Positions 23,490-35,750 of a stretch of DNA of 64,000 nt are shown here, piece by piece (positions within the stretch are counted from its first letter, which is position 1; each line of letters begins with the position of its first letter). A program made the position numbers and the translations under genes. This DNA is from Octopus sinensis. Taxonomy: Eukaryota. The stretch is from positions 30,938,001 to 31,002,000 of the forward strand of contig NC_043016.1 of assembly GCF_006345805.1 (NCBI RefSeq), read 5' to 3'. The notes beneath the pieces were generated by a model. It ran no database searches and was not told the DNA's origin. It saw only the letters and a list, made by a program, of their open reading frames with translations.

Positions 23490-23990
23490 CCAGAGAGGCA
23501 ATGGTCAGCATGAGCAGGGTCTGGAAGAGTAGAGACATCAGACTCGCTACCAAATGCAGATTTGTGAATGCAATTGTCTTCCCAATAGCAACATATGGAT
23601 GCGAGACCTGGACACTAAAGAAAGCTGACCAGAAGCGAATTAATGCTTTTGTGTTGGAGAAGACTTTTGCGGATTCCATGGACAGCGAAGTTCACCAATG
23701 GAGAAGTTCTTAAGCAGATAAGGCTGAAAATGTCGCTAGAAGCTGGGATCACCAAGCATAGATTGGCATATTTCGGTCATATAATGCAGAGAGAATCCCC
23801 AGAGAAGGACATCATGCTTGGAATGGTCAGTGGCAAGAGAGGAAGAGGCCGACCAAGAATCCACTGGCTTGACACCATCAGGAGTGATGCTGGAATGGAC
23901 ATGGCCAGTCTGAAGGAAGCAGCCCAGGATAGAACTGACTGGAGGACACTGATCCAATGAGTGACCAAGAGTTGACTTCGACTGAGCGGA
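23490..23990 (+). mobile_element. RTE-clade LINE, 3' end of ORF
   Basis: IVFPIATYGCETWTLKKADQKRINAF, CWRRLLRIPWT, LAYFGHIMQR and GKRGRGRPRIHWLD (ORFs 23501-23713 and 23643-23960). Confidence 0.9.
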
Positions 23991-24099
23991 TAGAAGTCAA
24001 TCCATTTGACTAAAGTCAATCCATTTGACTAAAATACCCTTCAAGATGGTAGACCAGCATGACTGTTGTTCAATGACTAAAATAAATGAATAAGAGATA

Positions 24100-24313
24100 T
24101 ATGAAGGAATGCTGAAAAGTTCCTGGCTTTGAGTAAAAGAAAGTACATGAGGATTGGTTATTATTTTATTTAATATATTCTCTCAGATTTACACACTTAT
24201 TTCAGTGGTCCTTCAATTTTTCTAAACCCTGTAAGAGAATTCAGAAGGTTGAGACTCCAGCCAGACCTTTTGCAACACCCTTAAAGCAAGGAACTTTTCA
24301 GCACCACTTCATA
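24100..24313. mobile_element. Mariner-type MITE
   Basis: TIRs tatgaagg.atgctgaaaagttcct.gcttt and aaagcaaggaacttttcagcacc.cttcata, with TA termini. Confidence 0.7.
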
Positions 24314-24409
24314 CACACATGCATACACAAGCACATACATATGTAGACTTTGAGGTTTGCTTCCCAACTACATAGTACCTTGGGTAGGTGCCTTCAGTAT
24401 ATATACATA

Positions 24410-24795
24410 TTTCTTTATTTGTTTCAGTCATTTGACTGTGGCAATGCTGGAGCAGTATCTTAAGGTGTTTTAGTCAAAGAAATCAGTCCCGGGGCTTATT
24501 CTATTGGTCTCTTTTGCCAAGCCACTAAATTACAAGGACATAAACACACCAGCATCATCTATTAAGTGATGGCAAGAGGACAAATACAGACACACACACA
24601 CATATATGTGTGTGTGTGTGTGTGTGTGTATGTATACATATACAATGGGCTTCTTTCAGTTTCCATCCACCAAATCCACTCACAAAGCTTTGGTTGACCT
24701 GAGGCTATAGTAGAAGACACTTGCCCAAGGTGCCATGTAGTAGGACTGAACCTGGAACCCTGTGGTTGGTAAGCAAGCTTCTTACCACACAGTCA
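24410..24795 (-). mobile_element. SINE family A
   Basis: Family A blocks in reverse orientation. Confidence 0.88.
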
Positions 24796-25599
24796 TAACA
24801 CACACTCACACACACACACACACACACACGCGCACATACACACACACACACATATATATACACAGCTGGGCGTAAGTCCATTAATCTGTTAACTTAGAAA
24901 ATCATTATTAAGTCCGTTAACTCCAAAATTTCATAAAAACAGGTAAATGTTTAAACGTTTCTATTGTTTTTAGATTATCTTAGCATATTTAATATTGTAC
25001 ACAGCATTCTTTCAACCCTGATATAATGCCACTTATTATTATAAATAATTTGTAGAATCTTGTGTGGCCCTGCCTGGATTTGAAACCAAAGTCATCCACT
25101 TGTTGCTTGCAAAGACAATGGGAAATTTCTTTGTCCTGTCAAGAGGGAACAGTCCCCACCACCTCTCTCACCTATCTTTTCCATACAAAAGTGGCTTGCA
25201 GTGGGTTTAGAGGTCAGACATGTTGAAGGTACCTGAACAAACTGTGGAAAAAAGTATCCCACACCGAGGTACAAAATATTTACCAAAAGAATAAAATCTT
25301 ATATCAATTATACCTGTATTTTAATTAATTCAAAGTAATGTACCTCATCTTGAAAAGTGACAAAATTTTTGTCGGTTGCCAACTAGAATAATTTTAGTAA
25401 CAAATCAAACAGGTAAGATGCATTAGGATTTTCAATTTTAGTGTTTACCCATAATGTTATTGCTTTTACACCTGTTAATGAAATTTACTTGCCCCTAAAA
25501 GTCAAATTTACTCAGCAAGGTCAGCTAAAATTACATAACTATAAATTAATGTTATATAAAGCACCCACTGATAACATTTCAAATCTTTATTCTTTCATT

Positions 25600-25790
25600 T
25601 TATTTGTTTCAGCCATTTGACTGCAGCCATGCTGGAGCACTGCCTTTTAGTAATTGACCCTAGAACTTACTGTTAGTAAGCCTAGTACTTATTCTATTAG
25701 TCTCTTTTGCCAAACCACTGAGTTTTGGAGACGTAAACACACCAACATTGATTGTCAAGTGATGGTGGGGAGACAAACACAGAAGCACAA
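25600..25790 (-). mobile_element. SINE family A, 3' half
   Basis: Family A blocks in reverse orientation. Confidence 0.8.
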
Positions 25791-25792
25791 AC

Positions 25793-25864
<72 letters not shown>

Positions 25865-27867
25865 TATATATATAAATACACACAGTTTACATAGTTTTAA
25901 TATATTTTATAAGTGAAGATTTTAGTATATGTTGTGTGTAGAAAAGGTTTTCCAGACACAACATGGACTAAAATCTTCTTAAGAAAATATAAATTCACAA
26001 TAATTTCAATATCATGATTAGTGAAAGCAAAAATGGTTGACAAACACAATACTCTTTTACTTATAAAATATATTTAAAAATGTATGTAAACTGTGTGTAT
26101 TTTCCTTCTTTTATTTTGTATATTTACTTTTTGCATTACAACTCACCAATCGAGATTTCTCAAATTGAAATTCTCCTCTTCCCTTTTTGTTACTATATAT
26201 GTGTGTGTGTGTGTGCATGCGTGCGTGTGTGTGTGTGTTGTAAAATTGTAACCACATCAAGTCTTCTACCTTTGTTCAAAGTTCTCTTTCCATTGATCTA
26301 AATAAATATGAGAGACAGCAAGATTCCTCTTTGAATTTTGGGGGAACAATTTCACCATATCTTTTTTATATATTTCTCATAAGATTTTGGAATTTTAGTT
26401 TGATATCTGTTGCATTGAAATTGTTCTTCTCCATAACCAGTAATGATCTGTTGAAAAGCCTAAACTATACATGTACAAACCATAAATATGTAACAATGAG
26501 GTTTAATTGCATTGGCGAAATGACCATTTAAGTTATTGTGTTATTCATTAAAATATAGAAAATAACTTTTTATAGTTATTTGTGTATACACAAATTATTT
26601 GTAGTTCTCCAGTCTATTCTTTATGCTTGCTATTTTCATCTCTGAGACTGCTAGAGAGAGAGGGAAAGAGCAAGAAAATCATGGCATATAGAAATGGTAA
26701 GTGCTGTATTATTCCTCATATAATGATGCACTTCTCTATCATCAATGAAAAGAAAAAGGAATGAAGGAAATTATGTGTGGTCTTTGGCTAGACACCAAGT
26801 GACCAACGAGAATGGACATATTTGTTGTTGCATTTTTATATCTATCTAACTAATCCAGGTCAAGCTAAAAACAAGGGATTCTTTCTCTTTAATCAGGTTT
26901 GACCTGAAAATAACTCGAAGAGGTTTAAAAAGTCAGCTTATTCTTATTAATTACTTGGTGCAAAAAGTGAGAACAATTAGCCAAAGACTTGTTTGAAACT
27001 GTGAATTTGATTTTGAATCTTGGCTTAGGTATTTGGTAGCTGTCTGCTACAAATATATTTCTCTAGAATCCTTTTTCAAAGAATTGGTTCATCATTTCTG
27101 GGTGGTCTTCCTGGGAAAAAGTGACATTTCAAGCCAACAAAAATCAAAAGAATTCATTCAACTACCAGCAGTAGTTGAATGAATTGAAAAATTGGGTGTT
27201 CCCATGTTTTAATAGCTTTTTGTATTCTACTTCTGCAAGGTTATAAATTTCTTTTACCTGTGTTACATGAACTGTGAATACGTGAGAAATATTAAGAAAC
27301 TTTTCATAAGTGCTTTGATATCAACTGGTAATAAACCGATAGCTTTTTGAAGTCAGTTACACACAATGTATGTCCCAAAGCCTATGCTAATGAAATCCCT
27401 TCTAAGTTCCTTGCTTTTTTTATTTACTCCACCAAAATTTGTGTTGCAGTTGTTTCCACAAAATGTAGTATCTTTTTTCATCAACCTGTGATTGTCAATA
27501 ACTAAGATTGGTCAAAGATGTCTCAACTGAAACAGTACACATATCCAAAAATTTGACTTGTACCCCTGATCAGGAATGTAATATCCTTTCTGCTCTAGCT
27601 ACAAGACTTAAACTTTTGTGGAAGTGGTTTTGTTGTTTACATTGACCCCAGTGCATGACTGGTACTCATATTATTGAAAGGATGAAAGGCAAAGTCAGCT
27701 TTGGTGAAATTTGAACTCAGCACATAAAGATGGACAAAATGCTACTAAGCTTTTTGTCCAGCATGTTAAAGATTCTGCCAGCTGACTGCCTTCTGGAAAT
27801 GTAATATTGAATATTGAAAAGTAGCTCAACATCTTTTTGATTTGAAACATCTCTCAAAATTATTTAT

Positions 27868-28011
27868 ATTATTTACATTCGACGGGTATTTGTCCTTATG
27901 TTGTTTGTTGTTAACACAACATTTTGGCTGATATACCCTCCAAACCTTCTTCAGGTGTCTTGGGGAAATTTCGAACTTGGATTCTCATTCCTAAGGTATT
28001 TTTCGATGTTG

Positions 28012-28050
<39 letters not shown>

Positions 28051-28175
28051 TTGCTACCTGGAATCGAACTCGGAATCTTGGAGTTAGGAGCCCACACTCT
28101 TAACCACTATGCCATATGCCCGTGGGTCGAATGTAAATAATGTACATAATTCCTTATCTCTTAAATATAGAACTT
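27868..28175 (-). mobile_element. Non-autonomous composite element: inverted repeat, tRNA-like Pol III head, (AAT)n, hammerhead, inverted repeat
   Basis: 16-bp IR attatttacattcgac (27868-27883 and 28126-28141), A box TGGCATAGTGG and B box GAGTTCGATTCC on minus, and a hammerhead at 27914-27958. Confidence 0.7.
27914..27958 (-). ncRNA. Degenerate type I hammerhead inside a tRNA-headed element
   Basis: acac CTGAAGA a-ggtttg-gagggtatat-cagcc AAAA t GT T gtgt. Stem I acac/gtgt is intact; G12 to A and C15.2 to T both lie at former CpGs. Confidence 0.65.
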
Positions 28176-28499
28176 TCTATCAAAATTGTCACAAAATTTG
28201 CCACTGCAAGATCTTTACCAAACTTAGATTTAACCATTTATGCAAATACATTTAAAATTATGGCTTCACTTTTTGACTCAAAAATTCTATTGAGTAACTT
28301 TTAGAAACTGCTGGATGTCTTGAAACTCAAATTATGAGAAACAGTATGCAAAGCAAAAGAGAATTTTTTAGTAGCAATGAGAATTTCCAATTTGATTATT
28401 TCTGACTTAGAAAAAATGGTAATGAACCAACAATGAGAAGTGATTTGTGCCTTTGCAACTTCAAATGGTTTTTACCTTCATTCAGCAAATTGTCACATT

Positions 28500-30930
28500 C
28501 TATCATCATCATCATCATCATCGTCATCATCATGGTTTAACATGCGTTTTCCATGCTGGCATGGGTTGGATGGTTTGACTGAAGCCTGACAAGCCAGTAG
28601 GCTGCATCAGACAATCTGATCTGGCAATGTTTCTACAGCTGGATGCCCTTCCTAATGCCAACCACTCTGAGAGCGTAGTGGGTGTTTTTTACATGCAACC
28701 AGCACAGCAGCCACTCAGGTGGCACTGGTATCAACCCTGTTCAGATGGTGCTTTTTACATGCCACTGGCTTGGGAGCCAGTTGGGGGGTCACTGGCTTTG
28801 ACCATGTTCAAATGGTGTTTTTTACATGCCACCAGCACGGGGAGCCAGTCAGGCAGCACTGGCATTGAACCACACTTGAATGGTATTTATTACGGGCCAA
28901 CAGCATGGGTGCCAGTCAGACAGCACTAGCATTGGCCATGATTACTATTTCACTTGACCCAACAGGTATTGTCAAGCACAGCGTGTTGCCTGGCAATTCA
29001 AGGGTACTTTTGAATGGGCTGGATATGCGACACTGGTATCAGCCACAGCTGCAATCTTGCTTTACTTACTGAGTCTTCCCAATCACAGTATATCTCCAAA
29101 GGTCTCAGTCTCTTGTCATTACCTCTGGGAGGCCCAAATTTCGAAGGTCATGTTTCATCCTATGTCTTCCTGGGTCTACTTTTTCCACAGGTTCCTTCCA
29201 CTGTTAGGGTGTGACACTTCTTCACACATCTGTCCTCATCCATACACAACACATGACTATATCAGTGCAGTTGTCTCTCTTGCACACCACATCTAATGCT
29301 TCTTATGTCCAACTTATTTCACATGGGGGCTTACACTCTGTTGTGTATGTATACTGACAATACACATCCAGCAGATCATTCTAGCTTCATTTCTTTCAAG
29401 CCAACGCATGTCCTCAGCAGCCATGGCCCATGTTTCACTGCTGTGTAGCATGGCTGTTCACACACATGCATAGTACAGTCTACCTTTTACTCTGAGCAAG
29501 AAGCCCTTTGTTACCAGCAAAGGTAGAAGCTTTCTAAACTTTGCCCAGGCTATTCTTTTTCTATCAGCTATGCTCTCTGAGTATCCACTCCCACTACAGA
29601 CTATCAACTACTTTTAGTTTTGACCCTTGGAATGTGATGGAATCTGTTTTCGTACATTCCCGGTGTTTATTGCCCCTGTGCTTTTGTCAGACAAAAACTA
29701 TCTTCCCGATTAACCTTCCTTTGATATTGCTGCACCTCTTATGTGCCCATAACTTACTTCAGGTACATCTTATGGAGTTTCTACCTATGCCTTTTCTACA
29801 TATCAAGTAGGGCCATCTACCTGAAGGGGTTTGTGATTTGTTTGCCTTCCTACTTACTAGGACTTTGGTCTTTGCTAGATTGATTCTAAAGCCCTTCAAT
29901 TCTAGACCTTGCTTCCACACCTAAAACTTCTTCTCTAGTTCCGGTTGTGACTCAGCTATTAGAGCTTTACTGACAGCATCCCTGTACAGGACTTGTACAG
30001 CTCTTACTAACCACTTGTCTATCCCTAGTTACCGCACTGACCACCAGATAAGGAATCGGGGGACTCTGTCAAAGGCTTTCTCCAAGTCAACAAAAGCCAA
30101 GTACAGAGGTTTATCTTTGGCTAGGTATTTCTCCTGCAGTTGCCTTACCAGAAATATAGCAACAGTGGTGCTTCTGCCTGGCACAAAACCAAACTGCATC
30201 TCATCTAGGCTAACTTTCTCCTTAATTAGTTGGGCTATGATCCTCTCAGTGACTTTCACCACCTGATCCAGCAATTTGAACCCTGTATTTATTTCTATTT
30301 AAAGCATTACCTTTACCTTTGTAGCAGTTGACCATAGTGCTGCTACACCAGTCACTGGGTATGACTCCTTCGTGAACTATCTGATTTATAATATGGGTGA
30401 CTAGATGATAATTCACTCCACCAGATATTTTATGCATCTCAGCAGTGATTCCTGATGGGCCGGGGGCTTGCCTAGTTTTTATATCCCTAATTGCTTTATC
30501 TACCTGGGTACTCTCAATTCGGATAGCTGGTCCCTCAATTGGGTCAACTTTGGCAAACTCTCCTCCTCCTGTTCATTCTCCACATTCAGCAGACTTTCAT
30601 CTCCAAGCCTCTTTCTTTGCAGAATCATTAAATGCAAGTGCACCATCATCCATGGGGACACATTTCTCTCCTATGACATCACAATTTCCTCTCACACATT
30701 GTCTTGCAATCTAAAACACAGTTCTTTGGTCTTCATGTCTTCATGTCGCTGAACATTGACAAACTTCTTTTCTGCTTCTCCCCTGGCTCTATATACCTGT
30801 CTCCTAGCTTTTTTTCTGGCTATCTGATACAGTTCCCTGCTACTCCCACTCTTCCAGTCCTGTTTCTTTGCTCTAATGACCCTGTCTATTCCACCACCCC
30901 GTTACCCTAGGTCTGGAAGGGACTTTGCAC
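28500..30930 (-). mobile_element. 5'-truncated RTE-clade LINE with its 3' UTR and (GAT)n tail
   Basis: RT motifs QFGFVPGRSTT and AFVDLEKAFDRVPR (ORF 30029-30274). The ORF relic continues into the AGGAAGGGCATCCAGCTGTAGAA-type 3' region ending in (CAT)n at about 28500-28535. Confidence 0.88.
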
Positions 30931-31719
30931 TAGCCACAGATTTTACAGATATTAATGTACAAAGAAGAATGTTATAAAATAGGTAGACTGATTTATCTAT
31001 TCACAGATCATCGACCCCAAAAGTTCATGTTTACAATGTGTGTGTGTGTGTGTGTCTGTGCAAAGCAAAAAGAATGTGAATACACAAAGAAAAGAAGGTT
31101 TATATTCCTACACATGTGTTCATGCATGCATGTGCACATACACGTGTGTGTGTGTATGTGTGTGTGTGCATGTGTGTGTGAGCGTGTGTGTGTATGCATG
31201 CATGAGAGGAAAGAAGAATTGAATTTGGTAGTCAAAAGTCTTGTAGTTCTCCGGGGGTATACTAGTTTAGTTGAAACAGAATAAAAAAAAAGACTAAAAT
31301 AAAAGTATGAGAGATGTCTTGATCAGTTGTCATCAGTGATTTGATTGCATTCCTCCAGCTGTTTGAGTAATTTGACTGTGACATGACTTTATTCATCCTA
31401 GCTTTGCAGTCTCTCTCCATTTTTCAAGGAAAAGATGTCTTATATAAAGCCTAATGTTCACAGTTATTTATATGTGAATCATTCAGAATTCAGAAAACTA
31501 CCTTTTTTTCTCTCAGCTCAAGAAGATTTTCTGTCACCAGTTGGCTTTTCTTAGGTCATCTGGTTTTTCAATAACTATTTATGTTTTTTTGTTTTTCTGT
31601 TTGCTCCTTTATTGCAGGAACAATTCTGAATATAGTGGTTTTTGCATATGAGTAAAATAAAGGATTTTAGTTTTAAATCCTGGTTGGATTCTTGCTTCAG
31701 ATATTTTAAATGAGCACTT

Positions 31720-32620
31720 TCTAATAGCAGCATTGAAGACTTTCAACATGAGTGTTTTTGGGGTTAATTACTGAACAACTAATACGTTCCTATGCACTGC
31801 TACTATTACTCTTAAGGAATATCTAGGAGACACTTGCTATACTCATGCTAATGAAATTACTAAACAGAAGCAACAGAAAAAGAAAATATACTTGAAGGAA
31901 ACATCAACAATCTGCAATGTCTTTTGGATGTTTTAAAGAGTAATAACAAGTTCACATCTCACCGATTTACATCTTATGCAAAAAAAAAATAAATAAAAAT
32001 AAAAAATAATAATAATAATAATAATAATGGAACTGTTTGGTAATTCTTCACATCAAGCTCATAAAGGAAAGCTAATTACTTCAAAATATGTACTAAGGAC
32101 ATTAAATGAAAAACTTAGTTATCAAAGAAAAATCTTCAACCAAGGCAGTTTAAATCATAATTTTGCTTCCAATCCACAAGCATTATACTAAGAGATAAGG
32201 AAAAAAGACATTAAAAACATTACTGTTAAGAAAGTCTCAGGAAGATCTTTAATAATTCTGGTCAAAGATCTGTAATGAAAAGAAAGATTTTGACTTGATT
32301 ACATTGTTGTAATGATTCAGTTAGGAGAGAATATTGTATCAATATCCACAGTAAAACATATACAGTAGAACCTCAAACTTTCACCAATGTTGTTGACAAA
32401 TTGTACGATGGAAAGGCAGTTGAAGACTGGTACAAGAAGAAGCTGACCATCAACAGAAAGCCGTTAATGTTTGTTGCTCAAAGTAAGAAAGTATAACTTG
32501 ATTATATGATCAAATATGGCCTGATCATATGAAGGCATTCACCTCTAACCATCACCTATGGTTGCTGATGTCTCTTAGCTTTCTTAGCTGCTATGGTTGA
32601 ATGGCTTGCGAAAATCATCC
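31720..32620 (+). mobile_element. Highly decayed R4/Dong-like RT-proximal fragment
   Basis: RTLNEKLSYQRKIFNQ..LNHNFASNPQALY and WYKKKLT resemble the QN.LF.TN...FY and FW.KKL segments of this clade. Confidence 0.45.
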
Positions 32621-32849
32621 CCTATGTTATAAATAATAGGTCATTGCCAGTCGGTGTGTTGCCGGTAAAAAAGAAAATGTTAATCATGCATGTGCCTTTA
32701 TAAATTGTTCAAAGTGAAAGACTTTTCTTGAAGTCTGGGTTGCAGTGTCTATATGTTGAAAGACACAGAGAAACACATACACAAACAACAACAAAAAACT
32801 ATATATATATATCATATATCTATATCTATATCTATCTATCTATCAATCT

Positions 32850-32887
<38 letters not shown>

Positions 32888-33239
32888 CACGTCACGTAAC
32901 CGACCAGGCTATCAGATGCTGCTACACATCGCTGGTCACAATGTGCTTCACATTGTTTTAGCCTTCAAATGATGCCACCCTGCTGGATAAGCAAGTAGGC
33001 CAACAGAAGAAAGTGTGAGAAAAAGTTGTGGCAAAAGAGTACAGCAGGGATCGCCACCACCCCCCTGCCAGAACCTCATGGAGCTTTTAGTGTTTTTGAT
33101 CAATAAACACTCACAATGTCCGGTCTGGCAATCGAAACCGCGATCCTGTGACCGTGAGTCTGCTGCCCTAACCACTGGGCCATTTGCACCTCCCCCCGCC
33201 CCACACACATATATATATATCATATATATATGAGAGGTA

Positions 33240-33900
33240 TTGGTATCCAGAAGACCTAAGATGGCAGGTAAGCCTATGTAAGTGCTACGGGAGAACCATA
33301 GTTACTTCTCAGTTTGATAATAATATGAGTGAGTAGTCTAATGTGTGTCTTGTGTGTGCATGTATATGTTAAATAAAATGAGACAACAAAACCAAGGCTG
33401 TGTGGAATTTATAGGACATTTATAAAGAGAGAGTTAATCTTACAGCTGTTTCTGGGATATTAGGGATATCCCTTCATCAGAGACAATATGAGAGAGTTAA
33501 CTAGAGGGAAATAGTAGAGTTCAATATAAGGAGTTATTTTGTAAAAGGATGGATACAGGAAGTATAAAGAGAAATAAGAAAATAAAAATACAATTAAAAA
33601 TATATGTAGGATGTCCATTATCCAAGGAAAGTGCTGTGTAGCAAGGGTAGAAATGTTTCTTGTCCATGGTATGTAGATTCTGATAGGAGTTCATATTTTC
33701 TTATTACAAGTGGATAGTTTGGAGACATTTTTACACCCATAATACATTGCAGAGATGTTGTGTAATCATTACCATACATAAAAGGTGTAAAATGCACCTC
33801 CTCGGGTGACTGTCTAAATAAATTCTTTCTTAGATCCAACTGTCATTCCACTCAGTGTGAGAATGTATACCCAAAGTAGTGTATCATTTTCAACAGTCTA
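33240..33900 (-). mobile_element. Penelope-type RT fragment followed by a hammerhead-bearing terminal region
   Basis: FTPFMYGNDYTTSLQCIMGVKMSPNYPLV (ORF 33618-33839) resembles the PLE RT motif F.F....Y.Q..GTAMGT.MAP.YANL. The hammerhead lies just downstream on the same strand. Confidence 0.65.
33437..33484 (-). ncRNA. Minimal type I hammerhead ribozyme motif (PLE type) with intact catalytic core
   Basis: Minus strand: tgtct CTGATGA a-gggatat-cccta-atatccc-a GAAAC agct GTA agatt. Stem I is tct/aga, stem II is 7 bp, and stem III is minimal with a palindromic AGCT loop. Predicted cleavage follows GUA (33441/33440). Confidence 0.8.
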
Positions 33901-34285
33901 TTGACTAAACTAAACTCATGAATATAGTAACAGATAAAATACAATTACAATCAAAATGCAAAAATACATAAATAAAAAACAAATAAAAATAAAGAAATGG
34001 GTCTAGTTGACAATAGATTACCATTCTATTCTGATTGTCAGATTACAAGGAAGAAAGTTTTAAAAAGACTGAAGAATAGAAACAAGAACAAAACTAAAGA
34101 TGTAGAAAGAAACAATCACCTGAGGAGGTGCATTTTACACTTTGGGTATATGATAATGATTACACATCTCACCAATGTATTAAAATGTAAAAATGTGTTG
34201 AAACAATTGAAGTAATTTTAAATAAAGAATGTCATTCTTTCCATTTTCTATCTATCTGTCTTGTCTGTCTGACAGTATGCCTGTC

Positions 34286-34341
<56 letters not shown>

Positions 34342-34344
34342 CAG

Positions 34345-34533
34345 TTGTCGAGTGGTACCCGCGTGAGCGGAAAAGACCACCGGAAGACCTCCACGACGGT
34401 GGAGTGACGATTTCAAGAGGACGATTGGGATCACGGGAATGAGAAAGGTGCGATCCAGAGAGGAGTGGACAGCGTGCTGTGACCAGCGCTGTCAAATGGA
34501 CGCCTGATGGACTGGTCGGTCAAAGTGATCAAA

Positions 34534-34540
<7 letters not shown>
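34345..34540 (+). mobile_element. Short CpG-rich 3' end of a second RTE-type LINE
   Basis: VEWYPRERKRPP..P.RWSDDF motif across one frameshift, followed by a gtgatcaaa-type tandem tail. Confidence 0.7.
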
Positions 34541-34579
<39 letters not shown>

Positions 34580-35374
34580 TAACTAAGACCATGTGTATTT
34601 GAAAAGGTTAATCAAAAGCTCCCACACATTAGGAAAAAAACCTTCTTCCATAAAAGGTTAGTAACAACCTGATAAAAGATTTTATAACTTTTTAAAAATT
34701 ATTTTTAAAAAATCCTCTTTGTACTTAAAAACTATTAAGTAATTTTCACAAAGACTTTTAAGTATACATACACACACACAAACACAAACATATATATATA
34801 TATATAAGGTTTGTCATGGGATATGGTGGCAGAGAAAAAAATGGTAAAAAAAAAACAAAAAGAAAAAGAGGAGAGAAGGAAGGCGGTGGAGGAGGGGGCG
34901 GAGGAGGAGGAAGAAGAAGAAGAAATGTAGAGAGTATTTTGAAAGGTTTCATAGGAAGAATGAAGTAGGGTGGGTGAATATTAGAATGGTTAATGAACGC
35001 AATGGAAATATTCAATAGAAAATTTTTTTTTAAATTGAAGACAATGTAGAAAATTAGGAATAGAGATATATAGAAATGTATTAAGAAAAAGTTGGAAAGA
35101 TAATGAGACATGTTGAGAATGTTAACCTTATAACATTTAAATCATTAGCACACTGAATGAAATGCTTAGCGGTGTTTCACCTGTCACTATGTTCTGAGTT
35201 CAAATCCCATCAAGGCCAACTTTGCCTTTCATCCCTTTGGGATTGATAAATTGAGTACCAGTGACTAGTTCCCTCCAGCAAAATTTCAGGCTCTGTGCCT
35301 TTAGTAGAAAGGATTATATTTGACAGAGTAACCTGAATGATAAGGAGTTAAGTTATTGAAAAGTTATAAAATAT

Positions 35375-35750
35375 AAAGGTGGTGGAGTGGCTGTGTGGTA
35401 AGTAGCCTGCTTACGAACCACATGGTTCTGGGTTCAGCCCCACTGCAAGGCGCCTTCTACTAAAGCCTCGGGCCGACCAAAGCCTTGTGAGTGGATTTGG
35501 TAGACAGAAACTGAAAGAAGTCCATCATATATGTGTGTGTCTGTGTTTGTCCCCCCAACATCGCTTGACAACCAATGCTGGTGTGTTTACGTCCCCATCA
35601 CTTAGCGGTTCGGCAAGAGAGACCAATAGAATAAGTACTAGGCTTACAAAGAATAAGTCCTGGGGTCGATTTGCCCGACTAAAGGCGGTGCTCCAGCATG
35701 GCCACAGTCAAATGACTGAAACAAATAAAAAAAATAAAAGAATAAAAGAA
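35375..35750 (+). mobile_element. SINE family A
   Basis: Family A blocks. Confidence 0.9.

Noticed and set aside
32352-32483. Exon-like stretch KTYTVEPQTF...KPLMFVAQ with an AG acceptor and GTAAG donor
   Set aside because: It lies in register within an R4/Dong-like relic (WYKKKLT motif) and has no host homologue I recognise; not fully excluded.
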